Origin: Candidatus Omnitrophota bacterium
Lineage (GTDB): Bacteria; Omnitrophota; Gorgyraeia; Duberdicusellales; 4484-171
Direction of reading: 5' to 3'
NCBI GenBank assembly: GCA_041652815.1
Contig: JBAZGN010000002.1
Location: forward strand, 366,261-430,260
DNA: 64,000 nt
Positions 39,639-48,971 of the stretch are shown here, one piece after another; position 1 is the stretch's first letter; every line of letters starts with the position of its first letter. The position numbers and the translations under genes are program-made. The notes under the pieces are model-generated. The model ran no database searches. It saw only the letters and a program-made list of their open reading frames with translations, and was not told the DNA's origin.

Positions 39639-40253
39639 ATGTTCAATTTCATCATAAAAGGCGGGCCGATTATGATTCCTATTCTTCTTGGCTCGCTTTT
39701 TGGCTTTGCCATAGCCATTGAAAGATTTTTTGTTTTTAGAAAAACCCGTCTTGATACTTTTCAGTTTGTTGAAGAAGTCTTTAAAGCTTTAAAGATTAAA
39801 GATACAAGAAAAGCTTTAGAGCTTTGTGAGCGCAGCCGCCATCCGCTGGCAAGTATTTTCAAAATCGGCATCGAGCGCCGCGGGCTACCTTTAGACCGGC
39901 TTGAGAAAATTCTGGAGCAGGCAGGAAACAACCACGTTTATAAACTTGAAAAAAGGCTGGGTGCGCTTTTATCCATAGTCAGCATTGAGCCATTGCTTGG
40001 ATTTCTTGGAACAATTACCGGATTAATCCACGCTTTTATGACCTGGGAAAAAGCCGGCGCAAGTGTTACTGTGAGTTCGCTTGCCTCTGGTATCTACGAA
40101 GCAATGATTACAACCGCAGCCGGCTTAACTATCGCCATACCGCTTTATCTTTGCTATAATTATTTTATAAGCCGCATAAAAATTATCTCTAACGACCTTA
40201 CAAACCATAGTATCCAACTGCTCGAGGTAATCGCGGAAACTAAAGATAAATGA
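39639..40253 (+). CDS. MotA/TolQ/ExbB proton-channel family protein
   Basis: 3-TM protein with the conserved ExbB/TolQ C-terminal region. Confidence 0.8.
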   Translation: MFNFIIKGGPIMIPILLGSLFGFAIAIERFFVFRKTRLDTFQFVEEVFKALKIKDTRKALELCERSRHPLASIFKIGIERRGLPLDRLEKILEQAGNNHVYKLEKRLGALLSIVSIEPLLGFLGTITGLIHAFMTWEKAGASVTVSSLASGIYEAMITTAAGLTIAIPLYLCYNYFISRIKIISNDLTNHSIQLLEVIAETKDK

Positions 40254-40334
40254 AGTTATGTTGCGAAATTTCGGTTATGGTAACAGTAACGAAACTCCTA
40301 TCAGTTATGTCTAACGGCAACGCCTATGAAAATA

Positions 40335-40468
40335 AATAACCAAGCTCCAAGAAACAATAACCAAATAATATCCAATAACCAAATATCAATAACCAAACAT
40401 TTCTGTTTGGTTATTGGTCATTGGAACTTGGAATTTGTTTGGAACTTGTATCTTGGTTATTGGTTATT
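40335..40468. repeat. aataaccaa/ttggttatt hairpin element, copy 3
   Basis: See copy 1. Confidence 0.8.
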
Positions 40469-40597
40469 TTTATCTTAACGTAAACGTAACCCTAAGACGA
40501 AATTGGCATCGTAACCATAGCCATAACCGAATTCTTAATAGGCTTGTAGATAAAATTAGGAGAAATTTAAGTGAAAATCTCTGGAAGGCGTGAATAT

Positions 40598-40993
40598 ATG
40601 GGTGCGCTGGAATCGGTTGCAATGACCGATATCATCCTTAATATGTTTATTTTCTTTTTCATTTCTTTCAGCCTTCTTTACACATTTAACACAAGCCGCC
40701 TGCATAAACTTGGTGTTACCATACCAAAAGCAAAAACTGCCACACCCGTTGACGACGCAAGTGTTATAAATATTTCCGTAGCCAAAAACGGTGTAGTTTA
40801 TTTTGAAAAAGAAGCCGTAACTCTGGATGAGCTTATTGACGGCATAGAGGTTACTAAATCAAAAAATCCTAGCCTACGCGTTCTCGTGCGTGCAGACCAA
40901 ACCGCGCCCTTTAAAGATGTTGCCAAAGTTTTGGATGTTTTAAACGGCCTTCAGGTTCAAAATATCGGTATAGCAGTCGAAGCGGAGAGGTAA
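40598..40993 (+). CDS. ExbD/TolR biopolymer transport protein
   Basis: Single N-terminal TM plus ExbD periplasmic domain. ATG at 40598 preferred over GTG at 40571. Confidence 0.8.
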   Translation: MGALESVAMTDIILNMFIFFFISFSLLYTFNTSRLHKLGVTIPKAKTATPVDDASVINISVAKNGVVYFEKEAVTLDELIDGIEVTKSKNPSLRVLVRADQTAPFKDVAKVLDVLNGLQVQNIGIAVEAER

Positions 40994-41100
40994 TGAATAG
41001 ATGGCAGATGACAGTTTGGCAGATGGCAGATAAAATCTATCTGCATAACTGCTATCTGCCATCTGCTATCCGCTTGAGTTTTTAACCATATGAGGTGATG

Positions 41101-41616
41101 TGTATGATAAGAAAAATTTCCCTTATTTTAACATTTTCGTTTTTACTCTTAGGCCTTTTGAAAGTTAATGGAGAAGGAGGAATATCTATGAAGCTAACCA
41201 GCCCGGATTTTAAAAATAATGAATATCTGCCGAAAAAATTTACCTGTGACGGTAAGGCTATAAACCCCAGCCTTAATATCGAAAGTATTCCTGATAACGC
41301 AAAGAGCCTTGCGTTGATTGTTGACGATCCTGACGCACCAGCCGGAACATTCATCCATTGGATAGTTTTTGATATTCCGGTTACAAATAAAATAGCAGAA
41401 AACACTGCCCCCGGTAAGCAAGGCATTACTAGTTCGCGCACTAAAGAGTATGTCAGCCCCTGCCCGCCTTCCGGCACCCACCGTTATTTCTTCAAAATAT
41501 ATGCTTTGGATACTATGCTGAATTTAAAAGAAGGCATTACCAAGCAAGAGCTTGAGGCGGCGATGAAGGGGCATATCGTGGCGCAAGCGGAGATGATAGG
41601 GTTGTATAAAAGATAG
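41101..41616 (+). CDS. YbhB/YbcL-family PEBP (Raf-kinase-inhibitor-like) protein
   Basis: DDPDAP.GTF.HW motif and signal peptide. Confidence 0.8.
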   Translation, partial: CMIRKISLILTFSFLLLGLLKVNGEGGISMKLTSPDFKNNEYLPKKFTCDGKAINPSLNIESIPDNAKSLALIVDDPDAPAGTFIHWIVFDIPVTNKIAENTAPGKQGITSSRTKEYVSPCPPSGTHRYFFKIYALDTMLNLKEGITKQELEAAMKGHIVAQAEMIGLYKR

Positions 41617-41764
41617 GTTACGAAGGTTACGGATGTTACGAGGGTTACGAAAGTTACCCTTAAACCGCGTGTTTTATTGTAACCTCCGTAACTTAATTCT
41701 TCCGCCTCCGGCGGAAGAATTAACGTAACCAGACTGCCGTAGGCAGGCGCGTAACCTTCGTAAC
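41617..41764. repeat. Hairpin element built from gttacgaa/ttcgtaac words
   Basis: Related to 18748-18848. Confidence 0.8.
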
Positions 41765-41766
41765 AA

Positions 41767-41800
41767 AAAAAAGAGGAGCCAAAAAAGCTCCTCTTTTTTA
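41767..41800. terminator. Bidirectional terminator hairpin
   Basis: aaaaaagaggagccaaaaaagctcctctttttt. Confidence 0.7.
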
Positions 41801-41907
41801 TTAAACAACAGGGAGGCGAATCCCTTCACTTTTATTTTTGCGCAGAATAGAATTAATGCAAGAGAAAAAGCGTATTTTTTGGAAAGCGTTTACAGTATTT
41901 TTCTATC

Positions 41908-42096
41908 TTGAATAGATTATCCAGAGACAATATCAAAACAGACGAGGATTTTATGACTAACGCTAAAGGCGTATTCGCCGCCGGAGATATGCATAAAGGC
42001 CAATCGCTAATTGTTTGGGCGATTGCAGAGGGAAGACAAGCGGCGTATAATGTTGATAGCTACTTAATGGGAAAGAGTAGTTTGCCTGCGATTTAG
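41908..42096 (+). pseudogene. 3' fragment of a gltD-type (glutamate synthase small subunit/FAD oxidoreductase) gene, last ~55 codons only
   Basis: VFAAGDMHKGQSLIVWAIAEGRQAA..D.YLMG is the conserved GltD C-terminus with no upstream body. Confidence 0.7.
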
Positions 42097-42156
42097 TCGA
42101 TAGTCTAACCTAAAGCCTGTTAACTTAATAACCAAAAAACCCACTATCGTTTTTCA

Positions 42157-42185
42157 TTGACAACTATTTCATATCGTAATATAGT
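42157..42185 (+). promoter_or_regulatory. Sigma70-like promoter for the retron (TTGACA, 17 nt, TATAGT)
   Basis: Consensus hexamers read directly from the sequence. Confidence 0.5.
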
Positions 42186-42247
42186 TAGGCAATAAACGAT
42201 TTGGAGTGGTGAACAAATCTATTAGATAATTTTAGATTAAAAATATA

Positions 42248-42398
42248 GGCATCTGCAGAAAGGTATTTAATGTGTCGTTGATCCAGCGACAGTTAACGCA
42301 AAGTTTCGCTTTAGGCCATGTTTACTGCAATGATTTTGAGTTAATGATAAACTGATGATCTGAGTTTTCGGCAAAAGGTAGAATACTCTGCAGATGCC
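42248..42398 (+). ncRNA. Candidate retron msr-msd ncRNA flanked by inverted repeats a1 (ggcatctgcag) and a2 (ctgcagatgcc); a2 overlaps the RT start
   Basis: 11-bp perfect a1/a2 inverted repeat at 42248-42258 and 42388-42398. Internal stem-loops; immediately 5' of a retron-type RT. Confidence 0.6.
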
Positions 42399-43905
42399 AA
42401 TTAATATCGACCTATCATTAAATAGAACGGAAGAAGAGCTAAGGGAATCATTTTTTTTACTGAAAACTTGCGATGATCTAGCATTACTTTTAGAAATACC
42501 TGCCTCAAAATTAACATATTATCTTTACGGCTTGCCTGAAGACAAAAAATACTATAATTTTACAATTCCGAAAAAATCTGGAGAGCAAAGAGTTATTTGT
42601 GCTCCGATAAATGGATTAAAAATTATTCAGCAGAAAATAAGCCAAGTTCTGTTTTGTATTTATAGACCAAAATCATCTGTGAATGGTTTCGTTTCAAGCA
42701 GGAATATTGTTACCAATGCAAAAGTACATTGCAATAAAAAGTTTGTTCTAAATATTGATTTAGAAAACTTTTTTCCATCGATACATTTTGGCCGGATACA
42801 AGGAATGTTTATGGCTTGGCCTTACAACTGCAATCATGAAGTAGCTAAAACATTAGCGCAAATCTGTTGTTGTAACAAAAAACTACCTCAGGGGGCACCG
42901 ACCTCGCCCATTATTTCTAATATGATTTGTAGTAAGATGGATTCAGAACTTCAGGGGTTGGCTAATAATTTCCGGTGTAGGTATACACGATACTCAGATG
43001 ACCTTACTTTTTCCACTTCTTCAGCTAAATTCCCAATAGAATTAGCAAAATATACGTTATTGTCGGGCAACAAAACACTAGTTGTGGGGGGCCATTTAAA
43101 AGAAATTATCGAAAAAAATAATGGGTTTCGAATTAATTACCGTAAAATAAGATTGCAAGAATTCAATCACAGGCAATCTGTAACAGGCATTATTACGAAT
43201 AAATTCCCCAATGTAAAAAGAAAATATGTCAGGCAAATAAGAGCAATGTTGCATGCTTGGGAAAAATTTGGACTAAAAGATGCAGAGCGTGAGTTTCGTC
43301 AAAAATTTGCTAAATGCCGCTGTCCCGCAAAGCAGTTACCATCTTTTCTTGAAGTGCTAAAAGGTAAAATAGGATTTTTAGGCATGGTAAGAGGTAAAGA
43401 TGATCCAATTTATTATTTTTTCAATTATAAATATAAAAATCTTTTGCGCCCCACATATTTAGATAAAAAAGGAGAAATAATGCAAAATAGATACGACGCT
43501 TTCATTAGTTATGCTAGTGAAGACAAAAAAAATTTTGTAATAAATTTAGCTAAAGAACTCATTAGAGAAGGTTTTGACATTTGGTTTGATGAAACTGCGA
43601 TAAAAGTTGGGGATAGTATCAGACGAAAGATAGATGAAGGTCTGACAAGATCAAGGTTCGCTATTGTTATATTTTCGGAAGCTTTTTTCAAAAAGAATTG
43701 GCCACAACATGAATTGTCTGGCTTAGTATCTCTAGAAATGAATGATGGCAGAAAACGTATACTGCCTATTTGGTACAAGATCGATAAGGAATATATAATA
43801 TCAATAAGCCCTCCATTGGCCGATATCCATGCATTAACCTTTCCACAGCAGACAATCGGGCAGATGGTGGATGAATTATCTAAAAAATTAAAAGACAAAA
43901 GCTAA
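42394..43905 (+). CDS. Retron-type reverse transcriptase fused to a C-terminal TIR domain
   Basis: Retron RT hallmarks: Y.F.IPKKSGEQRVI.AP, NAKVH (NAxxH), FFPSI, LPQGAPTSP, YTRYSDDLTFS (YxDD), SVTGIITN (VTG). C-terminus (aa ~370-503) is TIR-like: YDAFISYASEDK...IWFDE...GDSI...SRFAIVIFSE.F..K.W...EL. Confidence 0.85.
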   Translation: MPINIDLSLNRTEEELRESFFLLKTCDDLALLLEIPASKLTYYLYGLPEDKKYYNFTIPKKSGEQRVICAPINGLKIIQQKISQVLFCIYRPKSSVNGFVSSRNIVTNAKVHCNKKFVLNIDLENFFPSIHFGRIQGMFMAWPYNCNHEVAKTLAQICCCNKKLPQGAPTSPIISNMICSKMDSELQGLANNFRCRYTRYSDDLTFSTSSAKFPIELAKYTLLSGNKTLVVGGHLKEIIEKNNGFRINYRKIRLQEFNHRQSVTGIITNKFPNVKRKYVRQIRAMLHAWEKFGLKDAEREFRQKFAKCRCPAKQLPSFLEVLKGKIGFLGMVRGKDDPIYYFFNYKYKNLLRPTYLDKKGEIMQNRYDAFISYASEDKKNFVINLAKELIREGFDIWFDETAIKVGDSIRRKIDEGLTRSRFAIVIFSEAFFKKNWPQHELSGLVSLEMNDGRKRILPIWYKIDKEYIISISPPLADIHALTFPQQTIGQMVDELSKKLKDKS

Positions 43906-44978
43906 TGAATAGTACATTATTAGATTTTAGTGAAGCATTAAAGCAAGCTGTAAATATTGGTGGAAAGAAACAGCTGTTTTTGGGCAACGGATTTAGCATA
44001 GCTTGTTATCCAGGCTTTGAATACGGCACATTATATGAACAAGCTAAAAATAGCGGGCTCTCTAAACATTTAGATGAGCTTTTAAAAAGATATGGTAACA
44101 ATTTTGAAGATGTATTGAAATACCTTGATGAAGGAATGTTTTTGGCGGAGCATTACTATTTAAAAAAAAGTAAAAAAACTAATAGAGACATGGCTCAAGA
44201 TTACAAGGAACTTAAAGAGGCGTTAATAACGACAATAAGTGATAATCACCCTGATTATCCTAGCAGGATATCTAAAAATAAGTTTGAAAGTTGTATAAAA
44301 TTTTTAAGAAATTTTGATGCGGCTTTTACTGTGAATTATGATTTGCTTTTATATTGGGCTTCTTTGCATATTGACGAAAGTAAGGGCGAAGAGTTTCCAT
44401 TCTCTGATGGCTTCGGAAGAGAAGATGATGCTGCGAATCCCGATTGTTCTTTTTCCTATTCGAGCATGAGCTCGAAGCCATATTTATTTTTTCTACACGG
44501 CGCCTTGCATCTTTATACAAAAGACGGACATGTTTGGAAGCGTGTTTGGAATACTACAGGCATCCCAATCATTAAATGCGTTAGAGAAGCTTTTAGCAAA
44601 AAGAGTTACCCATTAGTGGTGACTGAAGGCAAATCTCTTGATAAACTTAAGAAGATTGAAAGTAGTAGCTATTTATCTCAAGCATATAGAAAATTCAAAA
44701 ATATCCAGGGGCATCTTTTTATTTTTGGACATTCGCTTAGTGAACAAGATAATCATATACTTAATGCAATAATTTGCTCAGAAAAATTTAAACTTACGCA
44801 TCTTTGGATAGGAATACATGGAGATTCAAATTCTGCTCATAACAAAAATATAATTGCGAAAGCATCTTTCTTAAGAATGAAAAGAGAAGAGCTCATTCCA
44901 AAAAAACTTAAATCTAAAGGCGAAGGTGAATTAAATATTGGATTTTTCGATAGTGCCTCAGCGCATATTTGGGATTAA
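43905..44978 (+). CDS. SIR2-family (SIR2_2/DHS-like NAD-binding) protein, probable effector
   Basis: LFLGNGFS (GAGxS-like), TVNYDLLL (TTNYDxLLE-like), LHGALH (KLHG-like) and IFGHSLSEQD (GYSl.D) motifs. 1-nt start/stop overlap with the RT-TIR gene. Confidence 0.7.
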   Translation: MNSTLLDFSEALKQAVNIGGKKQLFLGNGFSIACYPGFEYGTLYEQAKNSGLSKHLDELLKRYGNNFEDVLKYLDEGMFLAEHYYLKKSKKTNRDMAQDYKELKEALITTISDNHPDYPSRISKNKFESCIKFLRNFDAAFTVNYDLLLYWASLHIDESKGEEFPFSDGFGREDDAANPDCSFSYSSMSSKPYLFFLHGALHLYTKDGHVWKRVWNTTGIPIIKCVREAFSKKSYPLVVTEGKSLDKLKKIESSSYLSQAYRKFKNIQGHLFIFGHSLSEQDNHILNAIICSEKFKLTHLWIGIHGDSNSAHNKNIIAKASFLRMKREELIPKKLKSKGEGELNIGFFDSASAHIWD

Positions 44979-45199
44979 TCTAAAAAGGTAATTTCAGGGA
45001 CACAATACTTAATTATTTGACCGCACCATTTTTCCACAGTAAAATACCCGCAAGTTCCGGGGCGTAGGGAAACATACAATTTGGAGTTAACATCAAAGCG
45101 TCGGGAAACCGACGCTTTTTAATTAAACCAAAATTAATTATTGTATTCCTGTAATACCGAAATGGGTACAATAGAAGTAATTTTATAAAGAATAAATCA

Positions 45200-46531
45200 A
45201 TGGAACATCAAAGCGCATTAAGAAAGTTTTTAAAAACAATCCTTATCCCACAGCAAAAGGACAGCAAAAAGTCTTTCCTGTCTGGTGGTTTTATGCAAAG
45301 GCGGATTGATGAAAAATTACTGACGCCAGAGCTAAAAAAGTCAGGAAAGATTTTTTTTACTCTTGAAGGTGATGAGTTCAAGGGTTTTGAGAAAATTCAA
45401 CGTAATTTAAGACAAGATATTTCTACCGAATATTTGAAAGATAGAGAATTAGGCGATGCGTTATGGTATCTACTTTGCGATGTTTATTTAAACAAAGAAG
45501 TATATAGAAATTCAGAAAGCCTGAAGAGGCGAATAGAAAAATTTATTCAGCAAATTTGTAAACCGCTAAAAGACTACGAAGTTATATTCGGAGTATCGAA
45601 CCTTTCGATTAAAAAATATCCACTGCAAATATGGGATGTGGCTCTAAACAAGTTGACTAAAGAAGATTTGGAAAGAATGGAACTTAAAATCGGAGGAAAG
45701 TTAAAGGAGTTACTTTTTAAAAAGTTTATTAAGAACGCAGTAGTTATTATTGCTATGCAGGGCAATAATAGTGGTTTTGTTGTTGAAAGAGCTAGAGAAA
45801 AGGCTGAGTTTGCATTAAAGGTATTACAAGTGTATTTTAATGAATTAATTGAAATTCATGACGAAAATCTGCTTTTTGATGTTTCTGACTTCGCTCTTAT
45901 TAGGGGTAAAGAAATAAATAAATGGGCTTGGAGTTGGAAAAGAAAACGATCACCATTTGGTATTAGCATCGGAGATTCTTTATTGGCTTCTATCACGAAA
46001 GCTAATGATCATTTTAAGGTAATTAGTTATCTTAATCCTAATTTTCAATCTAGGGTGCAAAGGGCAATCTATTGGTTGGGTTCTGCCATCGAAGAAGAAG
46101 CTTTTGACCATAAAATGATTCATTTATGTACAGCGCTAGAAAGTTTATTAACCAGTCGGAGTGACAAGAGGAAGGGGGAGGTAATTGCCTATCGTATGGT
46201 AATTCTGAATCATCTGACAGAAGGTAATTTTCCTGATCCTTTTCGTTTGATGTGGTTTTATGAGTTACGTTCCAGAATTGTACATGGATCTGCCATTGGA
46301 CAAACCACTAAATCAGACTATCTTAATTTACAAGATATTACCACAAGGACCTTATTTAGTCTTATTACCCAAATAAAACAGCTTAATGCTAAAGACTATT
46401 TTGACCTTATATCTCAATTAGAAAATGAAGTAAATTTAAAACTAGTTAAATCTTATTTCGAAGGATTTAAGGGAGAGTGGCCACAGTCGATACTACAAAT
46501 TTTAAATGAAAAATTAGAAAAGTTTAAATAA
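45200..46531 (+). CDS. Hypothetical protein with C-terminal HEPN-like R-x4-H motif
   Basis: ELRSRIVHGS in a helical C-terminal region. No confident family. Confidence 0.35.
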   Translation: MEHQSALRKFLKTILIPQQKDSKKSFLSGGFMQRRIDEKLLTPELKKSGKIFFTLEGDEFKGFEKIQRNLRQDISTEYLKDRELGDALWYLLCDVYLNKEVYRNSESLKRRIEKFIQQICKPLKDYEVIFGVSNLSIKKYPLQIWDVALNKLTKEDLERMELKIGGKLKELLFKKFIKNAVVIIAMQGNNSGFVVERAREKAEFALKVLQVYFNELIEIHDENLLFDVSDFALIRGKEINKWAWSWKRKRSPFGISIGDSLLASITKANDHFKVISYLNPNFQSRVQRAIYWLGSAIEEEAFDHKMIHLCTALESLLTSRSDKRKGEVIAYRMVILNHLTEGNFPDPFRLMWFYELRSRIVHGSAIGQTTKSDYLNLQDITTRTLFSLITQIKQLNAKDYFDLISQLENEVNLKLVKSYFEGFKGEWPQSILQILNEKLEKFK

Positions 46532-46607
46532 CCAGTGATAATGGGGTCAGACCTCAAGATTAGAAACTAATCGGGTCAGGCCTCACCCTTAGCAGGGAGA
46601 GACCCTT

Positions 46608-46760
46608 CGACTCGCTTCGCTCGCTCAGGGTTAATTCGCACTATCATTTTTCCTGCGCCACTATTGGCTTGGAAAAATGATGTGCTCATTAGATTTCACA
46701 ACCGCCGGTTTTTAGTTAACCTAAATCCTACCGCGTAGGTGGGCTTTAGGTTGATATTAC
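46608..46760. repeat. ~150-bp cassette-junction module (cgctcagggttaattcg...ccattattggcttggaaaaatg...ttaacctaaatccNaccgcgtaggtgg hairpin)
   Basis: Near-identical copy at 48972-49140; partial copies at 47200-47230 and 53045-53085. Confidence 0.8.
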
Positions 46761-46766
46761 TGATTA

Positions 46767-47222
46767 TTGAAGATGAGCAAAGATATGATTGAACAAAGAA
46801 GAATAGTGTTTCCCGTCAAAGGCAACGACGCCAAATGTTTGGTTCCTTTTGTCCAATCTCTTGTCCAAAAAATTTATACACTCATTTCGCAGGAATATTT
46901 AAACAAATATAAAATTCAGTTAAAAGGGGATAATGATCCTAAAATTGTGGCATCAGATATTTTTATACAATTCGATAAGAAAATTTCTATTAGAATTAAT
47001 TTTTTCGCGCGGGAAAAAGACATTAACACGTTTATAGCCGGCGTTGTTATTGAGAAAAGTTTATTGGGATTTTTTTCACGAGTTGCAACTGATGACGCGC
47101 AAAGATTTTCGGAAATTATTTACAATAAAATTGTCAATATAATAGAAGCCGAAACCGGTTTACGTGGCTGGACGCATGAAGAGGCAGGGCAAAGATTAAA
47201 AAACCTAAATCCCACCGCGTAG
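46767..47222 (+). CDS. Hypothetical protein
   Basis: ORF between junction modules. Its last codons lie in the cctaaatcccaccgcgtagg hairpin. Confidence 0.4.
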   Translation: MKMSKDMIEQRRIVFPVKGNDAKCLVPFVQSLVQKIYTLISQEYLNKYKIQLKGDNDPKIVASDIFIQFDKKISIRINFFAREKDINTFIAGVVIEKSLLGFFSRVATDDAQRFSEIIYNKIVNIIEAETGLRGWTHEEAGQRLKNLNPTA

Positions 47223-47272
47223 GTAGGGAAAAATGTTTTTCTTGTCATTATATACAGTATTGGTAAAATAAA

Positions 47273-48130
47273 TTGATGCGATTTTATTTTTTCGCAATAC
47301 TTTTATTTTCCGGTTGCGCAGCTACAACGCCTCAAGCTACTTCGAATGATAGCGCAAATACTAATGTTGATGTGTTGCGTTTCGAACAAGCCAAAGCTTT
47401 ATCTGCTTCTGATATTCCTGATATCAATATTTCCCGCCTTTCTAAAGGAAGCAATGTAAAAATAAAACACATACAGGATGGTTTAGGCAGAACTTATTTT
47501 ACGGTAAAAACAGTGAAGGATGTAAAAGCCGCAGATAATGGCAAGATTTATGTTATTGATTCTGTAACGGAAGGAAGAACTTATACATTTTCAGAGGATT
47601 CAGCATCGTTACGCAAGGTAGTTTCGCCGTATGAAAATATACAACCGCTGGCAGATTTTAAAGACCCGTCAATGTCAGGCATGCCAGCAACTTTTATAAA
47701 TGCTCTTGGAGCCGGCGGCATCGGAATTGCCTTAATCCCGGTTACCCGCTCACAGGAGAGAGAAAGGAATAAAGAAGCAGGAGACCATGCAAGAGGAATG
47801 CGGGTAGAAAGAAAAATCACAGATTTTAAATTTGTATCAGATGAGGTTTTAAAGATTGCGGATAAGGATATTTTATGTAAGGTCTATCAAATTCATAGCC
47901 TTACCCGGCAGACAATGCCTGCTACTAAAACAATACCTTCCACGTTGCTCATAATTAATACTTCTGAGCGGATATGGATTTCCGAAGACGTTCCTTTTGG
48001 CATAGCCAAAAGAGAAAGCACCCAAACATTACATATGTCTCTGGCAGGCGGCGGCCGTTCGCGCAGGGATATTATACCTTCAGCGCAAACAACCCGCGAA
48101 ACTAACGAAGTTGTGGAATTCAGTTATTAA
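47273..48130 (+). CDS. Hypothetical lipoprotein
   Basis: Signal peptide with LFSGC lipobox. Confidence 0.45.
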   Translation: MMRFYFFAILLFSGCAATTPQATSNDSANTNVDVLRFEQAKALSASDIPDINISRLSKGSNVKIKHIQDGLGRTYFTVKTVKDVKAADNGKIYVIDSVTEGRTYTFSEDSASLRKVVSPYENIQPLADFKDPSMSGMPATFINALGAGGIGIALIPVTRSQERERNKEAGDHARGMRVERKITDFKFVSDEVLKIADKDILCKVYQIHSLTRQTMPATKTIPSTLLIINTSERIWISEDVPFGIAKRESTQTLHMSLAGGGRSRRDIIPSAQTTRETNEVVEFSY

Positions 48131-48416
48131 AAGTTCAATAACTCCGATGGCACAATGGAATTCCGGGGGCACAATACTTAATCATTTGACCACACTTTTT
48201 TCCGGCAGTGAAGCTTTCAAGCGAAACCCTGCCTCGAACCAGAATGAATTCGGTTCAGGGCAGCCCTAAATCGACCTTCGGTCTGGTTTGGCGGCTGAAC
48301 CGTACAGAACCTATACTGGTTCTGGACTGGTTCAGGGGTAAAATACCAGCAAGTTCACGGGTGTTAGTTTTTTATTCAATAATCAAAAGTTAACATTAGC
48401 CATATAATAAAAAAAT

Positions 48417-48878
48417 ATGAATACAAAAGTTTTCAAAATAATAGTCCTGAATCTAGTTGGTGTTATTATCGTTTATCTTCTTTTAATGGCCGGTTGTAGG
48501 GCTTTAATTATGAGAAGCTTCCAGCCCGATGCAAAAGCTATGTATAGGCATTATTTTTCAACCCCGATAGAAAAAGTAAAAGGGCTGCGTAGCGGCGGAA
48601 TGGCTTGGCTGGATAATCCGGTTTGCATAAAGTTTCGGAGCAAAGAAACAATAATTTTAAAAGACCAGAATTTATATTCTCCTGCTGATTCATCAGTGCC
48701 TCGCAGGTTTTTTTTGAGGGAATACCCTAATGATAAAATCATCTTAAATGATGTGGAAAACCTGGTATGTATTCGCTATGACAAGAAAGTAAAGGCCAGC
48801 GATAACAGGCAATACTCTTTATTGCATTGGCTGTTATATAATAAAAAGACAGGAAGCTATTATTTTCTTATTGAATAA
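48417..48878 (+). CDS. Hypothetical membrane-anchored protein
   Basis: N-terminal TM helix; ORF only. Confidence 0.4.
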   Translation: MNTKVFKIIVLNLVGVIIVYLLLMAGCRALIMRSFQPDAKAMYRHYFSTPIEKVKGLRSGGMAWLDNPVCIKFRSKETIILKDQNLYSPADSSVPRRFFLREYPNDKIILNDVENLVCIRYDKKVKASDNRQYSLLHWLLYNKKTGSYYFLIE

Positions 48879-48971
48879 CACTATCAATAAAGATTTGATA
48901 AATTTGGTTCCATCTTGGCCACTCCATCCCGTTCGGCTTCCTTCGGCTTGATTCGGTAAGGCTCACCACAA

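Noticed and set aside
41082-41481. Two minus-strand ORFs (131 and 95 aa) opposite the PEBP gene
   Set aside because: The plus-strand PEBP gene has family motifs and a signal peptide. The antisense frames have none.
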